NCBI GenBank assembly: GCA_964478015.1
Contig: CAYZGM010000004.1
Location: 1 to 52,668 of the forward strand
DNA: 52,668 bases
Source: an uncultured Planctomycetia bacterium
Lineage (GTDB): Bacteria > Omnitrophota > Gorgyraeia > 2-02-FULL-51-18
Direction: 5' to 3'
The translations under genes were made by a program, and so were the position numbers. Under the pieces are notes generated by a model. It saw only the letters and a program-made list of their open reading frames with translations, was not told where the DNA came from and searched no databases. Shown here one piece after another: positions 28,826 through 37,744 of this stretch. Numbering within the stretch: the first letter of the stretch is position 1; the number at the start of each line of letters is the position of its first letter.

Positions 28826-28910
28826 ATACGATAGGGACTAGCGGATAAGAGACAGGCGACGGGAAAATCTATGCCCTGTCTCCTGTACGCTGTACGCTAG
28901 AACGCTCTCC

Positions 28911-29225
28911 TTAACCATGGTGAATGCTTTTTATCTTAAGTTTCAGGTATTTTTGCCGATGCCCGACTTTCGTGGCTGATTTCTCACGGCGAATATACTT
29001 AAAGGAAATAACTTTCGGGCCCTTGGTTTCCGCAAGAAGCTCCGCCTCACAGTACGCACCTTTCACGTACGGGCGGCCTACCTCCACCCCGCCGTCTCCT
29101 GACAGCAGGAGCACTTTGTCCAGCTTGAGGGTCTTGTGGATCCCACGGTCAAAAAGCTCCACAAGGAGCTCGTCGTCCGTCTTCACCCGATACTGCTTTC
29201 CGCCCGTTTCAATGACTGCGAACAT
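28911..29225 (-). CDS. rplU: 50S ribosomal protein L21
   Basis: 104 aa. It starts MFAVIETGGKQYRV, the canonical L21 start. Confidence 0.95.
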   Translation of the reverse strand: MFAVIETGGKQYRVKTDDELLVELFDRGIHKTLKLDKVLLLSGDGGVEVGRPYVKGAYCEAELLAETKGPKVISFKYIRREKSATKVGHRQKYLKLKIKSIHHG

Positions 29226-29237
29226 AAGCCCAGGAGG

Positions 29238-30785
29238 TTACCATAGCCGTTTTCGTCTGTCAAGAATCCTCTTGATCCGGACCTCTTCCACGTGAACATG
29301 CGGGTCACCGACCAGGCTGATCCGGTTCCCTGACTGACTCTCGAGGTGCCGGACAAGCTTGGTGTTTTCGCGGCTTAGCACCTCTATCACATCCGGGCTG
29401 GCGGTGAGCTCCACGTGCTCTTTGCGAATGGATTTTAGGTACAGGGCGAGTTTCTGCACGGCATCCGCCGCCACCGTCTCTTTCGATTTGACGGTGCCTT
29501 TGCCTTTGCAGTAAGGGCATTGCGTTGTGGAAGCGCCCTCCAGGCTCTTACGCATCCTCTGCCGGGTCATCTCGACCAAACCGAGCTGCGACAGGTTTAG
29601 GAAACTCGTTTTCGCACGATCCTTTCGAAGCGCATCTTCAAGGATCTTGAGCACGGAACGCCGGTGCTCGGCCTGTTCCATGTCAATGAAATCTATGATG
29701 ATGATGCCGCCGAGATCGCGGAGCCGTATTTGTTTGGCGATCTCACGGGCCGCCTCGCAATTTGTCCGATACGCGGTTTCCTCGAGATTCCGGCTGCCGG
29801 TGAACTTGCCCGTATTGACGTCAATGGCAACCAATGCCTCCGTCTGTTCGATCACAATATGGCCCCCGCTTTTGAGCGTGGCCCTCGTCTCGTAGATCCT
29901 CTCGATTTCCTTCTGGATGCCATGTGCCGCAAAGAGAGACACGTCGCCGGCATAAAGAACAAGCTTCGGACGAAGCGTCGGCACGGCGGCTCTCATGAAA
30001 TGATCGATGCGTTTGTGCTCCTCGCGGTCGTTCACGACAATCCGCTCAAATGTTTCGGTCATCACGTCGCGCACCATGCGGATCACGAGCCCATACTCCT
30101 CGTGCACAAGACTCGGTGCGGGCTTGAGGCCGCACCGGCGCTGGATCTGCTTCCATTGATGGACGAGAAATCGGATATCCCTTTCAAGCACTTTTGCCTC
30201 AGCGCCCGCCGCAGCCGTACGAACAATGAGGCCGGAATCCTTGGGGAGCTGGGACGCACGCGCGATCTGCCGGATTCGGTCCCGTTCACGCCGGTCATCC
30301 ACGCGCTTGGAAATACCAATGTGCGGAGAATGCGGCAAGAATACGACGAAGCGGCCTGCGAGAGAAATCTGGCAGGTCAGGCGCGCCCCTTTTGTGCCAA
30401 AGGGCTCCTTGACCACCTGAACCAACACTTCCTGGTCCTTTTTGAGAACATCTGCGATCAATGGCGTCGGTTCATGCTTCCCGCGGCGATGGGGAGGTGC
30501 GGGGGCAGTCGAGTCCCCCCCCTCTCCAAAGTCCGTATCCTCCGAATCCAGGATCCCCTGCCCGACGACATCCGTCACGTACAGAAAACCGTTCTTTTCC
30601 AGTCCGATGTCAATGAATGCAGCCCCGATCCCCGGAACGATGGAGCTAACTTTTCCCTTAAAAATAGAACCAACGAGCTGCTTGTCCGATTGCCGCTCGA
30701 CATGGTATTCCTCGAGATGGCCGTCCTCGACCACCGCAACTTTCGTGGATTGAAACTCCACGTTCACTAAAATCTCTTTTTTCAT
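29238..30785 (-). CDS. rng: ribonuclease G/E family endoribonuclease
   Basis: It has an S1 domain (VGSIFKGKVSSIVPGIGAAFIDIG), the RNase E/G catalytic core (IDVNTGKFTG, IIIIDFIDM) and the Zn-link CPYCKGKG. The likely start is MKKEILVNV at 30783-30785, with GAGAGG upstream; the ORF track extends to 30848. Confidence 0.85.
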   Translation of the reverse strand: MKKEILVNVEFQSTKVAVVEDGHLEEYHVERQSDKQLVGSIFKGKVSSIVPGIGAAFIDIGLEKNGFLYVTDVVGQGILDSEDTDFGEGGDSTAPAPPHRRGKHEPTPLIADVLKKDQEVLVQVVKEPFGTKGARLTCQISLAGRFVVFLPHSPHIGISKRVDDRRERDRIRQIARASQLPKDSGLIVRTAAAGAEAKVLERDIRFLVHQWKQIQRRCGLKPAPSLVHEEYGLVIRMVRDVMTETFERIVVNDREEHKRIDHFMRAAVPTLRPKLVLYAGDVSLFAAHGIQKEIERIYETRATLKSGGHIVIEQTEALVAIDVNTGKFTGSRNLEETAYRTNCEAAREIAKQIRLRDLGGIIIIDFIDMEQAEHRRSVLKILEDALRKDRAKTSFLNLSQLGLVEMTRQRMRKSLEGASTTQCPYCKGKGTVKSKETVAADAVQKLALYLKSIRKEHVELTASPDVIEVLSRENTKLVRHLESQSGNRISLVGDPHVHVEEVRIKRILDRRKRLW

Positions 30786-30962
30786 AATTAAATGACCTCT
30801 CATGTCATCCCCGCACAGGCGGAGATCAATTTGATTCCCGCCAAACAAAATGCGGGAATGACGTTAAAAAAAACACATTGCCTGGAATCCACCCGGATCC
30901 CGGACAATGTGTCGCCTTAAGATCACGCGGCCGGTACGGTTTTACCCGTGCCAGCGGCAAGA

Positions 30963-32471
30963 TTACAGGCTGTGCCCCAGAGGCGCCGCGTCTTTTATCA
31001 CGGTCACCGTCATTAAGAACAGCAGGTCTGTTTTTGTCACGACTTTACTCTGATGTGAGAAAAGCTTGTCCAAGAGCGGGATATCGCCCAAAAGTGGAAT
31101 CTTCGAAGTCCTGTTTTGAGTATCTTCCTTGATCAATCCTCCAATGGCTATCGTTTGCCCGCTTTTTAAGCGGACATTTGTCGTCGCCTCGCGCGTCGTG
31201 AATCTCGGCGCCTTAATCTCCGCCGTGAGGTTGTCATATCCCAAGAGCGTGGTGATCTCGGGGTGGACCGTCACGACAATTTCATCTTGTCCGTTCACCT
31301 GCGGCACCACGGTCAATCGGATCCCTAAATCTCTATCCTGATAACCGGTGATCTCCATTTTTCCGGTCGTTGCATTTCGCTCAAACGTGGGAATGGCAAT
31401 GACCTCACCCACCAATATTTTTGCTTCTTGATTATTGAGCACCACAACATGCGGCTCAGACAATATCTTGGCGTCGTCCCTGCCCGATATAAGCTCCAAC
31501 ACGGCACGCAGTTGAGTGAAATCAATATTCCCGAACACAAAATTGGCCTTGTCCGCAACGGGAAAGGACGGTTGAATCGCGCTGTTGTCTTCCCCTTTCG
31601 GGAAATCTTCGATGGTGGAGGTATCGGTGCTGCCGGCTCCCGAGGCAACGGCGCTCGTCGTGGTGCCTCGGCCATAAGGCAGGATTTTGCTGAACCGGCT
31701 GCGATGCACGGCGTCCCATGGCAGCGAGGTAGGCCGGCTGGAACCGCTGACGGCCGCCCGCAAGTTCCAGTCGATGCCAAGCCGGTCCGAACTACCCAGC
31801 GTCATTTCCACAACTTTCGCCTGGATCAACACCTGCGGTGTGGCCGAATCCAACCTCTGAATGACCGTTCGAATGTCTCCCAGGCTCGTCGGCATGTCCG
31901 TCACAATGATCATGTTCGAGCGGCTGTCTGAACGTATCTTTCCGCGTTCGCTCAACATTTCTTTTATGGATTTTTCCACGTCCGCCGCGCGTGAATAGTT
32001 GAGCGCGAACACTTCCGTAGACAAGTCTTCCTTTTTTAGATTTTCCAAAGTCGAAACGCGAATCACATTGTCTTGGCGGTCATAGGCATACCCGTAGGTT
32101 TTTAAGATCACATCCAGCGCTTTCTCCCAGGGAACATCCACAAGACGAATCGTCACGCTCCCCGTGACATCCTTGCCGGCTACGATATTCACACCGCTTT
32201 TGAATGCCAAGATGCGTAGCACATTTTGGATGTCCGCGTCCTTAAAATCAACCGTGACATTCCCTGGGGCCGTGATTTGGACGGATTGCACGGTGTCTTG
32301 GTCTGCGGCCGGGGCTGACGCCCCACCCACTTCGGGAGGGGCTGGGGTGGACTTCTCAACCGGCAAATCCGTGCTTGGCGGATCGGCCGAAAAAACACTC
32401 GCCTGAAAGCAACTCGACACAAACAAAAATGTAAAAAAAACGAAGAAAAATCTAAAACTCTGCCCGTTCAT
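30963..32471 (-). CDS. pilQ: type IV pilus secretin PilQ (short, no AMIN domains evident)
   Basis: 502 aa with a signal peptide, N0/N1-like domains (VLRILAFKSGVNIV) and a C-terminal secretin domain (IPLLGDIPLLDKLF). Confidence 0.85.
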   Translation of the reverse strand: MNGQSFRFFFVFFTFLFVSSCFQASVFSADPPSTDLPVEKSTPAPPEVGGASAPAADQDTVQSVQITAPGNVTVDFKDADIQNVLRILAFKSGVNIVAGKDVTGSVTIRLVDVPWEKALDVILKTYGYAYDRQDNVIRVSTLENLKKEDLSTEVFALNYSRAADVEKSIKEMLSERGKIRSDSRSNMIIVTDMPTSLGDIRTVIQRLDSATPQVLIQAKVVEMTLGSSDRLGIDWNLRAAVSGSSRPTSLPWDAVHRSRFSKILPYGRGTTTSAVASGAGSTDTSTIEDFPKGEDNSAIQPSFPVADKANFVFGNIDFTQLRAVLELISGRDDAKILSEPHVVVLNNQEAKILVGEVIAIPTFERNATTGKMEITGYQDRDLGIRLTVVPQVNGQDEIVVTVHPEITTLLGYDNLTAEIKAPRFTTREATTNVRLKSGQTIAIGGLIKEDTQNRTSKIPLLGDIPLLDKLFSHQSKVVTKTDLLFLMTVTVIKDAAPLGHSL

Positions 32472-32483
32472 GGTTTTAACAGA

Positions 32484-32855
32484 TCACCGCCGTTTTTTCT
32501 CCTCTTGGTAGAGAGGTTTAAAAACTTTTTCACCGTTCACCGAAACAACAACGCCATCCGCCCGAAGTTCCAAAACTTTGACATTACCCACTTCTTCCCC
32601 TTCCCGAAGAACCGAGCCATTCATGACGACCACCGATTTCTTAGGATCGGGATCTTGCATGATGCCCTCCACCACAATCTCGTCCGGCGTTTCAACGCCC
32701 ATCAAACCGGACGTTAAGCTGACCTTGGTGGACGACGTGATGAGCGGCACGAACGGATCCCTGCGTCCTTTCGAAGCATACAAACTTTGGGCCGCACTCG
32801 CTGCATCCGACATGATGATACCAAACGCGAGGGTTAAAATCCAGGAGCGTCTCAT
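32484..32855 (-). CDS. pilP: PilP-like pilus assembly protein
   Basis: 123 aa with a signal peptide and the RRDPFVPL motif typical of PilP. It lies between pilO and pilQ and overlaps pilO by ATGA. Confidence 0.55.
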   Translation of the reverse strand: MRRSWILTLAFGIIMSDAASAAQSLYASKGRRDPFVPLITSSTKVSLTSGLMGVETPDEIVVEGIMQDPDPKKSVVVMNGSVLREGEEVGNVKVLELRADGVVVSVNGEKVFKPLYQEEKKRR

Positions 32856-33445
32856 TTTCCTCTTTTCAAGGCCTCCAAAGAAAGATCGATCTGATGCCTA
32901 TGCTCATTCTGAGGATTGGCCGCAATCCGTATATTTTTCACGCGAAAAAAAGTTTCTCCCGTTTCAAGATTCGAAAGGAACCTCCCAAACTCGTGCGCCC
33001 CCGCGTTTGCTCTCATTTCAATAGGCAGGGGAAAGTAAGTTCCTTTGGGGGAATCCCCGCTCCAGCCGGAGGGCTCAAGTGAAATGATTTTAACACCTGA
33101 CCGCTGCGCTTCTCCGGAGAGATTTTCCAAAAGAGCGGGTATTTCGTCTTTCGAGATAAAGGAGCGGTCGCGCGTTTCAAGCGTCAACTTTAGCTCCTCC
33201 CATTTCTTGCGAATCTCCTCTTTATTTTTTTCATCGTCGATCATGCCCTTGAGCTCCTGTTTCAAAGGCGCGATCTTGGGGCCGTCTTGTGAAACCGCTT
33301 TGATCGCTGGCCCGACGAGCACGGCATAGTCCAAAAAAATGGCCAACGCGATCATGAAACCGATGATTAATTGCTTCTCGCGCTCCGTGCGCTGGTTCAG
33401 CAAATTCACAAAAAGATCGAGCTTCGGGATCCTAATCTGTTTCAT
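32852..33445 (-). CDS. pilO: type IV pilus assembly protein PilO
   Basis: A single TM segment is followed by a coiled coil and a ferredoxin-like C-terminal domain. The likely start is MKQIRIP at 33443-33445, forming an ATGA overlap with the pilN stop; the ORF track extends to 33472. Confidence 0.7.
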   Translation of the reverse strand: MKQIRIPKLDLFVNLLNQRTEREKQLIIGFMIALAIFLDYAVLVGPAIKAVSQDGPKIAPLKQELKGMIDDEKNKEEIRKKWEELKLTLETRDRSFISKDEIPALLENLSGEAQRSGVKIISLEPSGWSGDSPKGTYFPLPIEMRANAGAHEFGRFLSNLETGETFFRVKNIRIAANPQNEHRHQIDLSLEALKRGK

Positions 33446-34092
33446 CCGGTCTTGTCCTTCTTGAATTGGCATCGAATCATGAAATCATACACTTCGTGTT
33501 CCCCGATCCGCTTTTGGTTGATATCCGACGGCTTGATTTCTTGGAATGTCTGTGTGAAAAAAGAATTATCCTTCAGTTCTTTCAGAAATTTTCCAATAAA
33601 GGCCGTCTCCTGCCCGGCCCCGATTGCGGTACCCTCCAGCACCAGGTACTTCTCTCGCTCCGGCGCCTTGACGACAGCTTTCTTATCCTTTTCGACTTTC
33701 GCAGGGACAGCCCTGGCTTCCTCCTCAACCACGTATAAATTACGCAGCCAAATACCTTTCGTCATCGAATTGGACAATTCGTTTAAAAGCGACGTCCAAT
33801 AAAATTTGCGCGCCGTCAAGGATCGAATCTCTTTCATCCGGTTGGTTAAGCCGACAGTTTCGGCCTTTTGCCGGACCACTTCCTTGTTTCGGGCCTCAAT
33901 CACGGCTATTTTCCGGTGGACTGAGATCAATTCAAGTTGCACATAGAAAGCAAATAACGTCAATAAAATTTGGATAACCGCGACGGCGCCGCCAACCAAA
34001 TAAAGCGATTTTTTGATGGGAATTTCCGGCATGGCGATTCGCGCCGTCTCTTTTCGGCGAAGCGATTCCGGGAGCAGGTTAATCTCGATCAT
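33442..34092 (-). CDS. pilN: type IV pilus assembly protein PilN
   Basis: 216 aa with the N-terminal MIEINLLPE motif that binds PilM, then a single TM segment. It overlaps the pilM stop by ATGA. Confidence 0.75.
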   Translation of the reverse strand: MIEINLLPESLRRKETARIAMPEIPIKKSLYLVGGAVAVIQILLTLFAFYVQLELISVHRKIAVIEARNKEVVRQKAETVGLTNRMKEIRSLTARKFYWTSLLNELSNSMTKGIWLRNLYVVEEEARAVPAKVEKDKKAVVKAPEREKYLVLEGTAIGAGQETAFIGKFLKELKDNSFFTQTFQEIKPSDINQKRIGEHEVYDFMIRCQFKKDKTG

Positions 34093-35117
34093 TTACTTGC
34101 CCCCGTGCCGCGGAGGACCATTCCTAACGCCACATTCAACTCGAGTGAATGGGCTGACAGATATTTTTGGTCGATCTCCCCGAAAATCTGTAGCCGCTTC
34201 GTGTTGTCCCATAAGCTTACCTGCTTCCCCAGCTCCTCAGAAAGAATTTTAGCCGACCCTGGAGAAAGAGCGCCGCCGCCGGACAACCAGATTGTTTTAA
34301 GTTCTTCCGCCGTCTCATTCTCCACGTAATCGATGGAGTGACGCAGCTCATCCATGAGGGGCTCGAGCCCCTTTTCCACCGCCGCCTGAACATCGGCGAG
34401 CGATCCCGGGGGTAGCTCGACTTTCATACGGTCCGCCTCATCTTTTTTTAAACCTTTTGCTTCCATGAGCGCCTCCGTGATGCTCAGGGCGCCAAAGGGA
34501 ATCTCTCGAACAAAAAAAGGCTGCTTATCTTTGACGATGGCAAATGAGCTCACGGAATGACCGATATTGAGAAGCCCAAACGTGTTCTCGCCCTCCGTAT
34601 GCCCCAAAACCTCGTAGGCGTTGATAAGACAGAAAATGTCCACATCAATCACTTCGGGAATAATATTTGCGGGCCCCAGAAGTTTTAGGCGTTCCTTGAT
34701 GAACTCTTTTTTTACAGCCACCAACATCACGTTCATCATCTTCTTATCCTCGGTCTGGCCCAGGATCTGGAAATCAATATCACACTCCTCAACAGGAAAT
34801 GGAATATGACTTTCGGCCTCAAAGCGAATCGCCCCTTTAAGCTCTGCGGGGGACATGGTAGGCAATTGGATGCGTCGTATCAAAAGAGAGCTCCCGCCGG
34901 CCACGGCAATCCGTACGCGCTTGTTTGAGGCCGGGCTCTGGCTAAAAAGAAGGTTGATCGCCTTGGTCGCCGATTCCGGAGAGGCGGCATTGACCGGCAA
35001 GATCAACACACGCAACAACTTTGCCTGCGCCGACTCCTTTTCGATTTCCACATACTTGATCGAGTAGCTGCCTACATCCAGCCCGATCACCGTCTGGCTC
35101 TTTCCGACTTTTGGCAC
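34089..35117 (-). CDS. pilM: type IV pilus assembly ATPase-fold protein PilM
   Basis: 342 aa with a GTG start. It has an actin/FtsA-like fold (VIGLDVGSYSIKYVEIE, LNIGHSVSSFAIV, WLSGGGA). Confidence 0.9.
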   Translation of the reverse strand: MPKVGKSQTVIGLDVGSYSIKYVEIEKESAQAKLLRVLILPVNAASPESATKAINLLFSQSPASNKRVRIAVAGGSSLLIRRIQLPTMSPAELKGAIRFEAESHIPFPVEECDIDFQILGQTEDKKMMNVMLVAVKKEFIKERLKLLGPANIIPEVIDVDIFCLINAYEVLGHTEGENTFGLLNIGHSVSSFAIVKDKQPFFVREIPFGALSITEALMEAKGLKKDEADRMKVELPPGSLADVQAAVEKGLEPLMDELRHSIDYVENETAEELKTIWLSGGGALSPGSAKILSEELGKQVSLWDNTKRLQIFGEIDQKYLSAHSLELNVALGMVLRGTGASK

Positions 35118-35175
35118 AAATTACCCCGAAAAGTGTTAATCAAAAGTTACAATACAACGGCTGCCCGCATTGCTC

Positions 35176-35255
35176 AGTATATAGTATTTATGTGAATAAT
35201 CAATGATTTTTATATAGGATTGCGCTTTGTAATGTGCCCTGGATAGTGGTATAAT
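35176..35255. promoter_or_regulatory. divergent promoters for pilMNOPQ (minus) and the minor-pilin operon (plus)
   Basis: Minus strand: TTGATT (35198-35203), 16 nt, TATACT (35176-35181). Plus strand: TTGTAA (35227-35232), 17 nt, TATAAT (35250-35255), with TG at 35247-35248 forming an extended -10. Confidence 0.5.
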
Positions 35256-35292
35256 TCTTACTAGGGATAAGTATTTATTAACAGGTTATATA

Positions 35293-35712
35293 ATGAAACT
35301 ATCAAAACTTATCAATACAAACAAAGGGCTCAGTCTCGTTGAAACGATGGCCGCCATCTTGATTTTTGGCCTCGTGTTGGCGAGCACTTTGGAAGTGTGC
35401 GCCAAGAGTATGGTGATGGGGAAGCGCTCGGAGCTTTCTTTTTCTGCCTATTCTCTTGCGAAAAGCCATATCGAGACACTGAAATCTTTGCCCTTCAGCA
35501 ATTTAACCTCCGCCGCCGAAACAGACGCTGTCATCAACGAAACGGGAGTCCCTGACGTCGATGGAATTTTTAAGAGGAACACAGCGATCAGCGCTAATTA
35601 TGAAAACGACTCCAATTTGGTGCAAGTCACCGTGACTGTCGACTATCAGGTCAAAGGGCAGTTCGCGAATAAACCCGCATCGCTCAGCGCGGTGGTTTTT
35701 CAATATGCTTAG
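35293..35712 (+). CDS. minor pilin / pseudopilin with prepilin-type N-terminal domain
   Basis: 139 aa with a class III signal NTNKG|LSLVETMAAILIFGLVLAS (Gly-1, Glu+5). Confidence 0.7.
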   Translation: MKLSKLINTNKGLSLVETMAAILIFGLVLASTLEVCAKSMVMGKRSELSFSAYSLAKSHIETLKSLPFSNLTSAAETDAVINETGVPDVDGIFKRNTAISANYENDSNLVQVTVTVDYQVKGQFANKPASLSAVVFQYA

Positions 35713-37744
35713 ACATCATCCCACCGTTAAATGCCCCGCCTCCTCCCGCCAACAGGGTTTTACCCTATTTGAAGCGTTGATGGCAATCGGCATGGGAACA
35801 ATTTTTCTTGTGAGCGCGATCTCAACTCTGGTTTACCAGACCAAGGTTTGGAAATCGGAGGGTTTGCGCAGCGAGCTTCGATACAACATGGAAAAATCTC
35901 TTCAAAAAATAAATAATGACTTTCGCCTTTCGGATGGCGGAAAAATTCTCTTTTATCCTACCGGCAGCTCTAGCTATACCGCTGTGAGTCTACCCAGAGA
36001 ATATGCGAACCCAAACACTGGGCTGTATGATTTTTCAACCGCAATCTCTTGGCAGGATACCGTTGCCTATTATGTGTACAACAATGAGTTGCGCCGAAGC
36101 ACGATTGCTTATAATTCAAGCAGCGCGACGCGTCAGACTCAGCTGAATAGTCTTGCCTCGACCGGGACTTTAAATGGGGCGACCACGGTGAAGATGTTTG
36201 GGGCAGACGCGGTCAGCATCGCTTTAACGCCCACGGCACCGACATTTGACGGCTATGCCTCCTCCCTCACCAAAAGCTCCAACACAAGTTTCGGTTCGGC
36301 GATTTTGACACCCGGAAATCATACCGTGCGATTTGAAGTAACCGGAAAAAATAGCTCCTCATCCAACTACAGAATCGGCCTCGACAGCATCGCTCTCACC
36401 CCCAGCGGAAATGATCGCGAGGCGGAGGGGTTGACCGTCTCCTCTGATTCGGGAAAGAGCAAAACGGTAGAGGACATGTCGCTCTACCCCTCCTCGGGAG
36501 CCTGGGGGGGAAACTCTCAGCTGGAATACGCCTCCTCCAGCATCGGGGATCAGATCACTTTCCAGGTCTACAACGATGAGTGGATCGAATCTAATTTTGC
36601 GGACGTGACATTTACCTATTCAGAGGTCACCGGCACAAATCCCGTGTTAACCGTGGCTAGCCGTGAAAACCAAGGTCTCTCCCCTGCTTGGCGCGCAGAT
36701 TCTCAAACAGGCGCGGTCGAATCCGACAACACGAACACCCTCAGCGACATTTCATGCCGTAACATCATTCAAGGAAGTTCCTTTGTGAATCCAATCACCA
36801 TGGTGCGTTTTAAATTTAAGGCGCCGGCGAGCGGAGGGGTTGGCCTGCATATCAGCGCCGCCTATTTTGGACAGAGAAGCGGCGGTACCTCCAATTTCGC
36901 CGCCTCCCCTGCGCCTGTGCAGCTCTATTTTGGCAATGCCACGGTCGCGGCCGGCGGGAGTGACGGTGTAGGTGCCACTGGATCCACCGGAGCGGCAAGC
37001 ATCGACATCCCGGTAGGAAGTTACGTTTGGAGCAACTGGGTGATATTTCCGATCGCTACGCCTACAAGCTTGGAATATTTGCTTAGTTTTTCCGTAAGCG
37101 GCACGCAGCCTAGCAAGGAAACTTATTGGGAGCCCGGCTCAGGAACAAACTCATACATGGTGAATGGTCAACGAGCCGATGCCATTTGGGCGCCCTCGGA
37201 CTCTGGTTATGAAACCGCATCCTCTATCCAAGCCGTTTCCGAAATGGCCTCCTGGTACCACGTGGGAAGCGTTGTTTCCCAGGTCTTTGACACCAAAATG
37301 ACGAGCCCCGCCTACTCCAATGTTTCGTGGACGACAAATGGTTCCGGCTCTTATTTGGTCAAAGTCCGTTCGGCCAATAACGTCCAGATGACCGGTGCCA
37401 GCGATTGGACCTCTCTGGGGGGCACCAGCGCCCCTGGAGCCATTTCTGGCGCTGGCAACGGCAGGTACGTTCAATGGCAAACCACGTTGACCACGGCCAG
37501 CCCCTACTCCGCTTATCCGCAACTGGACAACCTGTCCGTGCAATGGCCGGGACAAACAACATTGGTGGAGCTTAGCGGCTACTACACGAAAAGACCAAAT
37601 TATGGGACATTTAAAGTGCAGCTCGACGGTGTCGACATCGTCAATGCCTTGCAGCTTGATCTTTCCGCTTCAAAAACGCAACAAGGCAAAACGGAGACAT
37701 ACACGGTGTCCGTTGAAACAAAAACAAAGAATACCGGGAAATGA
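35705..37744 (+). CDS. giant PilW-like minor pilin (prepilin N-terminus plus a ~630-aa extracellular region)
   Basis: 679 aa, overlapping the upstream gene by 8 nt. The prepilin signal is SSRQQG|FTLFEALMAIGMGTIFLV, with Glu+5. The remainder is Ser/Thr/Asn/Gly-rich. Confidence 0.65.
   Translation: MLRHHPTVKCPASSRQQGFTLFEALMAIGMGTIFLVSAISTLVYQTKVWKSEGLRSELRYNMEKSLQKINNDFRLSDGGKILFYPTGSSSYTAVSLPREYANPNTGLYDFSTAISWQDTVAYYVYNNELRRSTIAYNSSSATRQTQLNSLASTGTLNGATTVKMFGADAVSIALTPTAPTFDGYASSLTKSSNTSFGSAILTPGNHTVRFEVTGKNSSSSNYRIGLDSIALTPSGNDREAEGLTVSSDSGKSKTVEDMSLYPSSGAWGGNSQLEYASSSIGDQITFQVYNDEWIESNFADVTFTYSEVTGTNPVLTVASRENQGLSPAWRADSQTGAVESDNTNTLSDISCRNIIQGSSFVNPITMVRFKFKAPASGGVGLHISAAYFGQRSGGTSNFAASPAPVQLYFGNATVAAGGSDGVGATGSTGAASIDIPVGSYVWSNWVIFPIATPTSLEYLLSFSVSGTQPSKETYWEPGSGTNSYMVNGQRADAIWAPSDSGYETASSIQAVSEMASWYHVGSVVSQVFDTKMTSPAYSNVSWTTNGSGSYLVKVRSANNVQMTGASDWTSLGGTSAPGAISGAGNGRYVQWQTTLTTASPYSAYPQLDNLSVQWPGQTTLVELSGYYTKRPNYGTFKVQLDGVDIVNALQLDLSASKTQQGKTETYTVSVETKTKNTGK

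Noticed and set aside
29664-30770. Long plus-strand ORF (368 aa) antisense to rng. Similar shadow ORFs include 8458-9261, 11406-12083, 20918-21670, 40292-41008, 42618-43313 and 48500-49276.
   Set aside because: All lie fully inside well-supported minus-strand genes with clear family motifs. Their products are Arg/Pro/His-rich and low-complexity, with no recognisable motifs. These are typical antisense open frames in GC-rich coding DNA.
30834-30859. Perfect 8-bp hairpin ATTCCCGC-N10-GCGGGAAT between pilQ and rng, as an intrinsic terminator
   Set aside because: On the transcribed (minus) strand the U-run precedes the stem rather than following it. On the plus strand an A-run follows the stem. 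Neither orientation is a canonical terminator. It may still be a structural or processing element, but I cannot support a call.
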